From the IMG/VR virus record IMGVR_UViG_3300023283_000086, positions 1 to 26,631 of that record: 26,631 nt of DNA, one strand, 5' to 3'. The notes beneath the pieces are model-generated. The model had not been told where the DNA came from. It searched no databases and saw only the letters and a program-made list of their open reading frames with translations. Position 1 is the first letter of the stretch; each line of letters starts with the position of its first letter. A program made the position numbers and the translations under genes. The stretch is from a virus. Lineage: Duplodnaviria > Caudoviricetes. Shown here piece by piece: positions 9,001 through 18,031 of the stretch.

Positions 9001-11050
9001 TGCCGAACCTAGTTGTTGCCGGGTCCATCCCTTCATTCTTCATTGCTTGGCGCAAGCTTGGTGTTGTGTTGCCCGTCTTTACCGGGGTTTTCATTATGTC
9101 TTCAATCTCTCTGATATCAGAGAAACCCTGCTCTCGAACAGCATCTTTTTGTGTTTCCTGAAAGCGCCTCCCCTCCGGCGTTACAATACGTTCACCCGCT
9201 CGTTGTTGTGCAACTAGAGAACCCGGGTTCTGCTGGTCTGGCTGGATTTGCCCCTCTGCTTGTTTTACTTTGTTGAAGAGGTCGGTGAGTTCATCTTGAG
9301 TGGGTAAATCATCTTCAATCTCCGCAATGGCTTTTAGTGTTCTTTTCGCATCCTTATCTGCAATAATATCCCTAGTCGCAGCATTCTCTATTCCACCTGC
9401 TGCCTCAATGTTTTCTTGTGCTTTCGCACGCTGTTTAATAAATCCTTGCCGTGTTTTTTTTGCCCCTTCTTTTGTTTTTACAGCTTGACGTAGTATATCG
9501 GGTCTTTCCCATACGTTTGGTGTACCCAACAAATCTATGTCTCGTTTCACAAACTCCTCCGCACTATCAAACTTTCTCACTTCACGAGCAAATGGCGCGG
9601 TTTCTTCAGGGATATCAAACTGTTGGGCTATCTGTTGGTCGGAGAGTTGATCTATTTGCTGATTCTCTTGCTGAGAAGCAACATCTTGTGTACGCCGTGT
9701 TTGTTGAGCACGGTTAAATACATCTTCCGGATCGAGTCCTGTATCATCTAAACGGCTCTGTTCAGTTCGAGTAAGTGAGCGTGTGAAATCATCTACATCA
9801 GGTGAACGCTCTGCCTTTTTCACAATATCTCTCCCAGTGCTGTTTTCTATCTGTTGCCGGTTAGGGAGCTGTTCTAGAGCATCATCTGATACCGCGGACG
9901 GTGCACGAAGTTGAAACTGAGCACGATTTATAACCCTCTGCACATCATCAGCATCATCAATTACTCGTAACCCCTCTGCTAAAACTCGTCGACCTTCCCC
10001 AGAAAACTCAGGAAACTCGCTTTTAAGAATTTTTTGTATACTATCCCTACTCGTAGTACGAGCTATACGCTGAAAGGTCGAGCGACCAGCACGACTCGCT
10101 ACGCCAAGACCGATAAAATCTAACGCTCCAAGACTCCTATCCACTGTGTCCAACACATCCTCAAATCTTAATGCTTTTTGCTCTTCTTCAGAGACACCCA
10201 GTTGGTTTAAAGTTTCTTGCGCCTGTTCTTGATTGAAGTTGATTTGCGGTCGTCCTTCATCATCTATTTGAATATCCGTAAAAGAAGGCGTACCGGCTTG
10301 TACCGCAAGGGTCGCTTTTTGCTGAGCTTCCGCCCGGCTTAGCCCTTGTTCCTCTAAAGCCTGCTGACGATTTATTATTCTTTGTTGAGTAGTTTTAGGT
10401 GTACCGAAAGGCGCGAAATTACGAATAAATCCAATCAGACCCTCATCAGTCCGTAATTCTCCAGTTCTAATATCTCGCCCTGTTCTTCCTGTGCCAAACA
10501 ATCCTTCTGTAACTTGCTCTGTGGTTTGTTGTAAAATCTCCCCTACCCCTGGTACCCTGCCAAGAGTCCGTGCCAATCCACGCCCTAGCTGGCGAGCTTC
10601 TCCTATTTGAGTCTGCGGCTCAAACTGCTCTAGTCTTTCTCCAGCTGGTTCACTTACCCCCGGTCTTTCACGGGTGCCTGTTATGGCCTCTTGCGCTCTT
10701 CTTGCTTGCTGGCGTTGTCTAATTGCTTGTGGGTCTGGGGTTTGTCCTCCTACAGGAAATGTCGGGTCTGGCACTTGTATATTTTCTAGTGCAATTCTGC
10801 GTGCCTCCCGCTTGGGTAAATCAACACCCTGTTTCCGTGCTTGTTGCTGGAGCTGTTGAGTAAACGGTTCTAACTGCTGTTGTACTTGTCGTTCTCGTTC
10901 TTCCGGAATAAGAGACTGCTGTCTCTGTATCTCAGCACGTTGAATTAGCCGCTCACGATTTTGTTGAGCTTCCCCAGAGATCTGTTCTGGCTGAGGAACT
11001 CTACTTTGTTGCCCAGCTCGTTTTATTTTCTCAGGTGATGCGACTGGCAT
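6020..11050 (-). CDS. Large internal virion (DNA ejection-type) protein, 1676 aa, with C-terminal HNH-like motif
   Basis: Size, helical Q/R/E-rich composition and position between nozzle and tail fibre, as for podovirus ejection proteins. Contains DHSVPLQLGGDNSKDNL near the C-terminus and two tandem helical repeats (AQEMLEQGKDEQAQALVDSLSKKEW / AQQLKEEGKRDEAQKIVDNLTEEEW). Confidence 0.75.
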   Translation of the reverse strand: MPVASPEKIKRAGQQSRVPQPEQISGEAQQNRERLIQRAEIQRQQSLIPEERERQVQQQLEPFTQQLQQQARKQGVDLPKREARRIALENIQVPDPTFPVGGQTPDPQAIRQRQQARRAQEAITGTRERPGVSEPAGERLEQFEPQTQIGEARQLGRGLARTLGRVPGVGEILQQTTEQVTEGLFGTGRTGRDIRTGELRTDEGLIGFIRNFAPFGTPKTTQQRIINRQQALEEQGLSRAEAQQKATLAVQAGTPSFTDIQIDDEGRPQINFNQEQAQETLNQLGVSEEEQKALRFEDVLDTVDRSLGALDFIGLGVASRAGRSTFQRIARTTSRDSIQKILKSEFPEFSGEGRRVLAEGLRVIDDADDVQRVINRAQFQLRAPSAVSDDALEQLPNRQQIENSTGRDIVKKAERSPDVDDFTRSLTRTEQSRLDDTGLDPEDVFNRAQQTRRTQDVASQQENQQIDQLSDQQIAQQFDIPEETAPFAREVRKFDSAEEFVKRDIDLLGTPNVWERPDILRQAVKTKEGAKKTRQGFIKQRAKAQENIEAAGGIENAATRDIIADKDAKRTLKAIAEIEDDLPTQDELTDLFNKVKQAEGQIQPDQQNPGSLVAQQRAGERIVTPEGRRFQETQKDAVREQGFSDIREIEDIMKTPVKTGNTTPSLRQAMKNEGMDPATTRFGTTPVTDIAGVHKFDLETAKDIRGGNTDLPDGVATRILQDGETHRPAVRKSGVFAEKEFAEHEFVDATGFLGGQSFNLRDLAFTVDNITAQQAADRGSWGPMVYMQYAVRQADATKDAWGAERSQMIRNILQERGIKLNKKNGRQVTLALWGVDNQKLRAGQVDEAIEEVMKKIEISEKAKKKIRGKLKRAAKGGISDNVMEVAQRDIRAQLDELRDEANIVRRELGKTEIGFVEDYGPLMQRQSFWNQMRADPRTEITDNFDFVIPNAKKNPHAVPREGGLDDVNIDAFETLGRYIDNISNDIFIAPQIEKLKAVREVLKGRGLPGASRAIDSIIRQNIVGQPGPIDSLLGFRKGTKKSIALNKFVQARSAAALGGNIVWTVFVQPASLAMLTLPRLGGRGITGSFRAAGSLFGGLVDFIGKSKVRTRIKNRPVIASKTRGASVGMSGAGDLDKMAGKIQRGKIETYNDFINKLADANEYWLTGSSVSAGYREAEKLGLKGRDADVFADWIGGATQSEYNRLGRPLFLNNQTVRAVFPFQTFAFEFYRYVKTLLGAKGGLPLEKSKRVNQIILLIAGAYLYNQYSEATTGRKLTTPGSAIPLVGGEVDRLVDQSKGALGFSTNQQRGFGRSPVAPFEDVRRFIGASDAYVNDNNIQPLRKELTRWGMGFSNMHGAATVGRFVDGMVANVKGAQLTKGGNFAFPVTGSDKWIAPILGPYSTQAGKQYLNERRKKEKQKASVRPVYDQAQEMLEQGKDEQAQALVDSLSKKEWQTYQNIKQAERARKTEDLKVEILPKFQKAQQLKEEGKRDEAQKIVDNLTEEEWNAYQKLKDQNEKFEQAQAGNIPTFGDGDLTTDDNIIELVTVYADAVGTDPISAFQTMFTSEQLRKVENDTVIFERAPLQETQEIRRELADDVSQLDQMRLDHSVPLQLGGDNSKDNLELVPVQLWESYTPVENHLGRLLRDSKISGEEARELITDFKEGRIDADEIMQR

Positions 11051-11052
11051 AA

Positions 11053-12423
11053 CTATGGTTCACGACGACTAGACGATGACTGCTCACCAAATATAAAAGT
11101 GCGTTGCTCTTGTGCCGATAGTTGCATAAACTCTTCCAAACTCATACCTGAGGCCACCAAACCTTTATTCAAATCTCTTGTCGTCACACCAAGTTTGTCA
11201 GCTACTTCCTCTAGTGAACGCACCTCACGTTTTTCGCCTTCTACTTTTATATTTTGTGCATTCTGCCTTAGAAATTCTGCTTGTTCGAAAGTAAGATCAG
11301 AAGCCTGCACAATTTGGTCAATAGACAGTCCTTCCTGAAGTGCATCGTGAACATTCTTCAGGTCATCTTGTGTAAGACCAAGTAATTCTGCGGTTGTACT
11401 TTGCCCCACACCATCTATTTCAAGACTACCAGCAAGGCTAAATGTTCTATTGTCTTGTATTTCATCCCTTGTGGATTCTTCTGTTTGTTCCTCCTCCTGC
11501 GCTGCCTCAAAGTTTGCCTGCGCCCGTGCTCCTCGGTCTAAGAACCCACTCGCCCTTGCAAACGCCTCGTCAATGGTCTCCGCGTCTCGGATACTGGCTA
11601 GAGTAGCGTTTGAAGCATTGTTACGGGCGGCTTCGGCGATGATGTCTGCTTTTTGCTGTTCGAGGGTCTGTGCTTTTTCCTTCTGAGTTTTGAAGCGGCG
11701 TTCACGGCGTTTGATTTCTTGGTTTAATCTTTCACGCTGAGCTTCTTTTAAGAGCTGACGGTTATCAGCCAAAAAGTCTTTCTGTAGCTGGATTTCCTGT
11801 TCCTGCCCTTCAAATTGTAGGTCAACTTTACGCTGTGCGGCATTTTTAATTCGCTCAATACTCCCTGATACCGCATCTCGGATTATCTCCTGATTGGCAA
11901 GATTAAAAGCGTGACGGCGGTTCTCGGCTTGGACAAGGTTGCGAACTTGCGAGCCAGTCGCACCGGCACGGGTCTCGATCTGGTTAACACGCTCACGATG
12001 CGCTGCCTGCATTGTGGCAATTTCTTCCTCCACCTCATTTAACCGCTCCTGCTTTTCGGGGAGTCCACGCTGTTCTTCTTCTTGTACGAGTGCTTCTTGT
12101 TTCTGTCCTTGAAGCTCACGAAGATTGCCGACAATATCCTGTACTCGGTCTCGTCTTTCACTTACGGCACTTTCAGCCGCCTGTTCAGCCCGTCTTCCAA
12201 ACTCTTGCTCAATACGGTCTGCTCTAGCAAGCTCCTCGTCCACTCGTGCGCTGTTTTGTTGGTCGGGGACAGTAGGTTCCTGCGAAGCGGTCAAGTCACC
12301 CGGCTCAAACGTCGGTACGGTCTCGTCCAGCGCATTCTGTGCGTCGGTCAACGCCTCAGAAAACCCCCGCGGGTCGTCAAACCCTGCCTGTTTTTGTTCC
12401 TCTTGTGTGATGCGCGTTACCAT
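11053..12423 (-). CDS. Coiled-coil internal virion / ejection protein
   Basis: 456 aa, Q/E/R-rich and helical, lying between the nozzle-like gene and the large internal protein. Confidence 0.65.
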   Translation of the reverse strand: MVTRITQEEQKQAGFDDPRGFSEALTDAQNALDETVPTFEPGDLTASQEPTVPDQQNSARVDEELARADRIEQEFGRRAEQAAESAVSERRDRVQDIVGNLRELQGQKQEALVQEEEQRGLPEKQERLNEVEEEIATMQAAHRERVNQIETRAGATGSQVRNLVQAENRRHAFNLANQEIIRDAVSGSIERIKNAAQRKVDLQFEGQEQEIQLQKDFLADNRQLLKEAQRERLNQEIKRRERRFKTQKEKAQTLEQQKADIIAEAARNNASNATLASIRDAETIDEAFARASGFLDRGARAQANFEAAQEEEQTEESTRDEIQDNRTFSLAGSLEIDGVGQSTTAELLGLTQDDLKNVHDALQEGLSIDQIVQASDLTFEQAEFLRQNAQNIKVEGEKREVRSLEEVADKLGVTTRDLNKGLVASGMSLEEFMQLSAQEQRTFIFGEQSSSSRREP

Positions 12424-12424
12424 G

Positions 12425-14329
12425 TTAAATCTCTTGGTTGGTCTTTGAATTCATAAAAAGCCGATCGACCTCCGGACGGTCTCCGCTTCCTCTCAGCTCT
12501 AAGCGTATCTGTATCCACGGCTCGGGCTTTGACGGAAGATTGGTAACCTGAGCTTGGAGCTTTGACAATGACGTGTGTTTTTTGTAGTTCTCAAACACCG
12601 CCCGTGAGCTGTCGTTATTCGCCCCGTGGGACTCATCTAACGTGACTTTGTAGTTATTGCCACTTGTGTTATTGAGACCGGTAATGTGAGCGGAGATACC
12701 GGCATTGTCGCCTTGGGTGATAAACACCTCATCCCCCACTTCAAAATTGGAGAGGTCGGCGGTTACGTCAAACTCATTAGCTGTTGTCCACGATATAGCC
12801 GCCGTGACCGAGTCAACTTCCTCTTGCCTCCATTTTACCACAATTTCATCAAACGCGCTTGACATCTTTTCGTACTGCAGGGCAAATGCATTCCAGTCAT
12901 CTTTAACATTTGAAGAGTGAAACTGCGGGTAAGTTATTCGGGAAACGTGGTCAAAGCTCCCCACATCATCCAGTACGTAAATCCCACCGGTGTCTTCCGT
13001 GTTATCAATCGCATCATCCGTTTCACTCGTCTTTGAGTAGGTTACCTGACTTGAAGTGGGGAAGTGTGCCGCCCCCACAAGGAACCGCCCTTTCTGTTTA
13101 CCGGTTGCCAAAAGGGCTCCGGCAATGGATATTTGCGCCTGTCCGTGGTCAGTGCCGTCTGCTATCCCCAGTGAGGCGTGGTGCTCTAAACTTCCTCGGT
13201 CGGGGTCATACATCCAGATACCGGCGGGCGTGTCTTCGTCGTACCCGCCTCCTTCCAGTCGAGTATCCAGAAGCATATAGATGTTCCCTTTCTCCACGTC
13301 CATTCCGTTCGGGTGAATAAAACGAAAGTTTGAAAATGTTTGAGTGCTATTTATCAGTTCTTTTTGTTTATAGTACGTCGGGAGAGCCGCTACTACCTCA
13401 AACCCTCTACTCGTGAGTGCTCGTATCGCGCCGTCCGAACACATTACATACGGCACATCGTTTAGTTCCACGCCTGAAAGCGCACCCTCCGCCGGAATAA
13501 TATACACTCGGTTAGCCAGCCCGTTGCCGTTTGTTCCGGTGTTTCCGACTATCCATTCGTAGATAAACGCATCACCGCCATTTTTATTGCGGGTGAGAAT
13601 GTACACTCTGTTTGAAGTGGGAACAAACTTCGTTATTTGTATTTCTGGGTCAAGCGATAAAGCAAACTTCGCATTCGGTGTATCAAGATTATTGCTCTCA
13701 TCCACTGTGTACACTTCATTATGTTTGTCAGCGATGAGTAAGAATTCATTTCCTCCTCCTTGTGTTCTTCCAAGCGGATGAGTTACCACATTCCCATCAC
13801 CGTCCGTTATCTGAAGCGCGGAGCCCCCTACCACATTCGTAAACCAGTCAATATCATTTCCTCCTCCTTCAAATTGAAACTCGTTTATGTCCTCTTTTAC
13901 GACCGTATAGAGTTTATTATTGAAAATAATAGCGTCAGCGGCTGACGCAAGCGGCCCGTCACTCCCACCGTCCAATTCTACTTCATTATCAAAGGCCGCC
14001 GTCGGGTCTAGCCCGCCCGTTGTCTGGTAGATGAGACCGTGAGTGTTTGAGTTCTGCTCCGTGCCAATAGCCGCATATCGGTTTCCCTCGTCCCCTGAGG
14101 CAAACGGACGCTCTATGGCTAAAATACGTGGACTTCCCGCCGCTAGCTCCTCGATCGTACTCTCATCAGTCACCGCATACATCCGCTTGTTTCCCCGTAA
14201 CTTACCGAAGTTCGTAACACTATCAACCCCATACGTCGCTTTGACGTTTCCTGTGATGTTGCTCAGCACCTGCCCCTGATTGCTCTGGATGTACTGGCGG
14301 GATGATTGTGGTATTTCTACTCGGGTCAT
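12425..14329 (-). CDS. Tail nozzle / head-stabilisation beta-propeller protein (P22 gp10 / T7 gp12-like by position)
   Basis: 634 aa, beta-rich with propeller-like repeats and a C-terminal WIQIRLELRG, downstream of the adaptor. Confidence 0.65.
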   Translation of the reverse strand: MTRVEIPQSSRQYIQSNQGQVLSNITGNVKATYGVDSVTNFGKLRGNKRMYAVTDESTIEELAAGSPRILAIERPFASGDEGNRYAAIGTEQNSNTHGLIYQTTGGLDPTAAFDNEVELDGGSDGPLASAADAIIFNNKLYTVVKEDINEFQFEGGGNDIDWFTNVVGGSALQITDGDGNVVTHPLGRTQGGGNEFLLIADKHNEVYTVDESNNLDTPNAKFALSLDPEIQITKFVPTSNRVYILTRNKNGGDAFIYEWIVGNTGTNGNGLANRVYIIPAEGALSGVELNDVPYVMCSDGAIRALTSRGFEVVAALPTYYKQKELINSTQTFSNFRFIHPNGMDVEKGNIYMLLDTRLEGGGYDEDTPAGIWMYDPDRGSLEHHASLGIADGTDHGQAQISIAGALLATGKQKGRFLVGAAHFPTSSQVTYSKTSETDDAIDNTEDTGGIYVLDDVGSFDHVSRITYPQFHSSNVKDDWNAFALQYEKMSSAFDEIVVKWRQEEVDSVTAAISWTTANEFDVTADLSNFEVGDEVFITQGDNAGISAHITGLNNTSGNNYKVTLDESHGANNDSSRAVFENYKKHTSLSKLQAQVTNLPSKPEPWIQIRLELRGSGDRPEVDRLFMNSKTNQEI

Positions 14330-14598
14330 TGTATTTTATATGCGCCTACAAGCCACCTCTGGCCTTGGGCTTCAATTTCTAACATTACATCAAAATCCAC
14401 GTTCTTTTCTACCTCCACTGTGTCTCCGTTGCTGTCGGTGAACTCCTCTCCTACATTAGCAAAATTGTCCGTTACCCTTGTCGTGGGAATAAGGGACTTT
14501 TTCACCGCCTCCGAGAGCTTATCTGATGAGCGATTTTCAAGCTCTTGTATGCGTTTCTCTAAGCTCTCCACAAGTTGTACTAATTCGTCGTAGTCCAT
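14326..14598 (-). CDS. Hypothetical virion protein (90 aa)
   Basis: Short N-terminal coiled coil (LEKRIQELE); start and stop overlap both neighbours. Confidence 0.7.
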   Translation of the reverse strand: MDYDELVQLVESLEKRIQELENRSSDKLSEAVKKSLIPTTRVTDNFANVGEEFTDSNGDTVEVEKNVDFDVMLEIEAQGQRWLVGAYKIQ

Positions 14599-15461
14599 TA
14601 ACTTTTGGTCTGATTACTCCAGTTACCCGTACTTCGGGACTGATTACTCCACGGATTAGTGCCTGCTGTTTGGCTGGTTGCTTTAATTGATGCACTCGCC
14701 GTGAGTTTACCTGTTGTAACACTCGCCTTGCCTGACTGTGTCGATGATTTAAGGGACGCATCTGCGGTTAGCACTCCGACATTCACCGTTGCGTCTATTT
14801 TCTCTACCAGTGACACAAGCACCGCACCCGCGCCGTCTGCATTACCTGAAAACGAAAATGTCACATCTCCCGTGCTGGTCGTCTCAGAGCGGTTAGCGGT
14901 TGCTACGGCGATTCGTGTATCAGCTCCTGTTGCCGAGTCCCCCTCAAGGTCAGCACGCTCTGTCCACGTCGGGTCATCAGTTGCGATTGAATATCCACTC
15001 ATCGAGTCTGACGGCGAAGCGAAGGCAGTAAAGATAAGAATACTATCGGGCTGTTGCGGAGTCACACCTGCACTGAGGGTTACCGGTGATGAAACAGGAG
15101 CGTTTGTATTATCAGAATTACTCCGCCGTTGCTCTGAGACCGCCGCACTGGATATACGCATAATATACGCCGCTACGCTGTCTGTACTGTCCAGTCCCGA
15201 CCACGACGAGCTACCCCTCGAAACATCAGATGAGGTTGCTTCTTTTATCCAGACATCGCCTTGAAATCCATTAGTATCCTCAAAAAATATCTCCTCTAGC
15301 TCGGTAAACCCGTCGTCTGAACTCACAGAAGAAAACACCCCTTGGTACGCCACCCCCGCCACCATCACATCTCCCTCCGAGAGACCCGAGGGATGCGTGA
15401 CCGTGATTGAGGACACATCTGTGTCTGACGCGGTGCTTATGCTTTCAAAACTAACTGCCAT
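14598..15461 (-). CDS. S/T-rich beta-sandwich virion surface/decoration protein
   Basis: 287 aa with ITVTHPSGLSEGDVMVA and a C-terminal tandem WSNQ motif (NPWSNQSRSTGNWSNQTKS). Confidence 0.6.
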   Translation of the reverse strand: MAVSFESISTASDTDVSSITVTHPSGLSEGDVMVAGVAYQGVFSSVSSDDGFTELEEIFFEDTNGFQGDVWIKEATSSDVSRGSSSWSGLDSTDSVAAYIMRISSAAVSEQRRSNSDNTNAPVSSPVTLSAGVTPQQPDSILIFTAFASPSDSMSGYSIATDDPTWTERADLEGDSATGADTRIAVATANRSETTSTGDVTFSFSGNADGAGAVLVSLVEKIDATVNVGVLTADASLKSSTQSGKASVTTGKLTASASIKATSQTAGTNPWSNQSRSTGNWSNQTKS

Positions 15462-15462
15462 A

Positions 15463-15885
15463 TTAGCTGATTACGACTATGCCGTCTGAGTTAAAAGACA
15501 CGGTGAAGTCACCTGCTGCTGCCGTGAAATCCTGTCCAAAGTCAAATATGCCAATGATGGGAGAGGTGCTGTTATCTCCTGTATCTTTGTACACTACTCC
15601 GTATCGGGCGGTGATAGAGGCGTTACTCCATACCACATCATCTCCGTCAAATGTTCCGTCATCTGCTGTGTCGTCCACTGCGGTTGAGGTGTTGGCGATT
15701 GACTGCCCGCCTGCGGTGTAACCCGTGCCCGACACCTCGTTTGCGTTTACATCGTCAAAGAATTCGTGCGTATCCTTATCTTGCGTGTGGTTGCTGTAAA
15801 GTAAAGCAAGTTTAATGTCGTCATTGACGTGGTCAATGTTTGCGTCCAGTAGCGTTTTGAAATATGTATTTTGAAGTACATCCAT
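15463..15885 (-). CDS. Conserved ~140-aa virion structural protein
   Basis: DDIKLALL...NEVSGTGYTAGG...ITARYGVVYKDT...FDFGQD...GDFTV, a pattern common in phage structural modules. Confidence 0.7.
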   Translation of the reverse strand: MDVLQNTYFKTLLDANIDHVNDDIKLALLYSNHTQDKDTHEFFDDVNANEVSGTGYTAGGQSIANTSTAVDDTADDGTFDGDDVVWSNASITARYGVVYKDTGDNSTSPIIGIFDFGQDFTAAAGDFTVSFNSDGIVVIS

Positions 15886-15886
15886 A

Positions 15887-16654
15887 TTATATGTGTCGTC
15901 TTAATCCCGCAGTTGATTTAACAGTGCGGTTCGGGTTTGGCTTGGCGGTTATCTTTGGTCGCCAATCCTTATTCCGTTTTTGATAATCCTCTTTAATGCG
16001 CTCCTCCCACGCCACTATTTCCTCTCGAAGCGTGCTTGCCACTTCCATACGCTTCGGAAAGGCGTACTGATAACACGCCCAGTACACAAGGTACTCGTGG
16101 TATAGCTCGTTAATGCCGGGTTCTTTTGATTGGTCGGTTGTCTCAAAGTATTCCGCTCGGCGCTGGAAATACACCTTTAACCCGCCCGTACGGTTGTAGC
16201 TTGGCGGTGGATAGAGCCAGAGTGAGTTAGCGTACAAGTCATACCACGTCGGAATACCGCTGTCCTCTTGGAAGTCAGTGATAGAGCGTGAGCTTCGCTT
16301 TATCTCCTCGTGGTCAATAGGATGAAGTATGTCCCAATCATCAGAGTTTTCGCGCTTCACTTCAACGGCGCGGATTTTGAGGTGTTCGTCATTGAATGTG
16401 TAGTCCTGTTGCCCTGAGGAGAGGTCGCGCGTGCCGATAGGAAAGTTTGAGTAGTTAGAGTCATCAAACTCCCAGCGGTTATCGTACTGGAGCACAAGAG
16501 AGACAAACCTATCCAACCCGCGGTTTATGTTGCGGGTAAAGGTAGCGAGCAGATCGCTGTTGTCAGTAATCGCTCCGTAGTTGTCGCCAAAAACGATAGA
16601 TTCGCACGACTGAAGCATTCCTGCTTTTTCACTGGAGGTGTCAGAAAATCGCAA
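15887..16654 (-). CDS. Head-to-tail adaptor protein (TTG start)
   Basis: GQQDYTF, GIPTWY, LWLYPPP and YHEYLVYWA motifs typical of podovirus adaptors; first gene of the tail module. Confidence 0.75.
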   Translation of the reverse strand: MRFSDTSSEKAGMLQSCESIVFGDNYGAITDNSDLLATFTRNINRGLDRFVSLVLQYDNRWEFDDSNYSNFPIGTRDLSSGQQDYTFNDEHLKIRAVEVKRENSDDWDILHPIDHEEIKRSSRSITDFQEDSGIPTWYDLYANSLWLYPPPSYNRTGGLKVYFQRRAEYFETTDQSKEPGINELYHEYLVYWACYQYAFPKRMEVASTLREEIVAWEERIKEDYQKRNKDWRPKITAKPNPNRTVKSTAGLRRHI

Positions 16655-16667
16655 AGTATGTAGTGAG

Positions 16668-16694
16668 CCGTGCTTCGGTATCTATATTATATCA
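16668..16694 (-). promoter_or_regulatory. Extended -10 promoter plus CCGAAGCACGG hairpin (copy B, upstream of adaptor)
   Basis: Minus strand reads TGATATAAT ATAGATA CCGAAGCACGG, then 13 nt, then TTG. The -10 overlaps the dehydratase stop codon. Confidence 0.8.
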
Positions 16695-17664
16695 TATCTT
16701 TTAATGCTAGAACAGTTTCTTTCAGTTTCGTGCTCATTGTGTTTTCGGGTTTCCATCCGTAGTTTGCGAGCTTGCTTCCGTCGAGAGCGTACCGTAAATC
16801 ATGCCCCGGCCGACTTCCATGCCAACTTACCACCTCATAGTCCCAATCTTTGTCTAAGTAATCAGCTACCCTTTGCGCCAACGTTAGGTTATCCACCTCT
16901 TCCTCACCGACAATGTTCAAGCGTTCAGGTCGTTCAGCATCTGGATACAATGGCACATCCACTTCATCGAGAATAAACTTCAGTGCCTCCGCTACTTGCT
17001 GTGCGTGGATGTAGTAACGAGACCCGGGCTTGCCGTCAGGCGTGCCGTGGATAGTAATTTTCTCGCCGTTCATAATCTTCTTCACACACAGTGGAATAAA
17101 CTTCTCCCAATCCTGTGCTTCGGAAAAGATATTCATCGTGTTCGTAATCACCACTGGCACGCCGTAGGTGCGCCAGTAGGATACGGCAATAGCTTCCTGT
17201 GCCGCCTTTGAAGCCGCATACGGGTTACTTGGAACGATAGGCGACCATTCTGCGTGGTCAGTGCCCTCAGGTGCTACTCCATAAACTTCGTCAGTTGAGA
17301 ACTGAATGAACTTCTTAGGTTTAAGCTCCCGTGCCAGCTCTAGCATATTTAATACTAAATTGACGTTATTTTGCGTAAAGCCCACAGGGTCTTCGATACT
17401 GCGGTCAACGTGGCTTTCCGAGGCAATGTTCAATATGTAGTCAATGTGTCCAATGTGAGCGATTGTGCGAGCCGTGAGAGGCGATATGAGGTCGTGTGTA
17501 ATGACTTCTACCCTCTCACTTTTGATAACTTTCTCTGGAGTGCCCTTGTGCTTCCACGAGCAAACACACACAAACTCCCAGTCAGTAGTTTCGTGGAGAT
17601 ATTTCAATACCTCACTTCCGACCATGCCTCCTGCGCCTGTGATGAGTACCCTAGTCATTTTCAT
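16687..17664 (-). CDS. rmlB: dTDP-glucose 4,6-dehydratase-like NAD-dependent epimerase/dehydratase
   Basis: TGAGGMVG Rossmann motif, ASESHVDRSI, STDEVYG, PSNPYAASK (YxxxK) and RPGHDLRY. Confidence 0.92.
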   Translation of the reverse strand: MKMTRVLITGAGGMVGSEVLKYLHETTDWEFVCVCSWKHKGTPEKVIKSERVEVITHDLISPLTARTIAHIGHIDYILNIASESHVDRSIEDPVGFTQNNVNLVLNMLELARELKPKKFIQFSTDEVYGVAPEGTDHAEWSPIVPSNPYAASKAAQEAIAVSYWRTYGVPVVITNTMNIFSEAQDWEKFIPLCVKKIMNGEKITIHGTPDGKPGSRYYIHAQQVAEALKFILDEVDVPLYPDAERPERLNIVGEEEVDNLTLAQRVADYLDKDWDYEVVSWHGSRPGHDLRYALDGSKLANYGWKPENTMSTKLKETVLALKDMI

Positions 17665-18031
17665 CCTGTTTTACGTCAGTGTCGTCTTGGTTGTCCTCCT
17701 GCTTTTTCTTGTCCTCACGATACATCTTTTTGTATTCCTCGATTCTATCGACCACTGTTACCACCACCTTGCCGTTCTTTTTTTCAACCTGTGTTACTTC
17801 CTCAAACTCACCTAACTCAATCTGGGGCTTGATACGCTCATTGAACATCGGAACGATCTTATCCTTGTACTGCTGAACCTTATGCCCGACTTGATTAAGC
17901 TGGTTTTGAAACTCCTGAATCTTGCGGTTTAGCTTACGTCCTTTCTCGACTTCCTTATTCTTCGCCTCCAATTCACTCATCAGCTCCTTATCATCAAACT
18001 TATACTCCTTGATATGCGTCTCTGAACTCAT
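17651..18031 (-). CDS. Hypothetical charged protein (126 aa)
   Basis: K/E-rich ORF overlapping both neighbours. Confidence 0.7.
   Translation of the reverse strand: MSSETHIKEYKFDDKELMSELEAKNKEVEKGRKLNRKIQEFQNQLNQVGHKVQQYKDKIVPMFNERIKPQIELGEFEEVTQVEKKNGKVVVTVVDRIEEYKKMYREDKKKQEDNQDDTDVKQDEND

Noticed and set aside
17113-17123. Near-copy CCGAAGCACAG of the hairpin motif inside rmlB
   Set aside because: One mismatch breaks the stem, there is no upstream -10 box, and it is explained by the codons for SEAQ.
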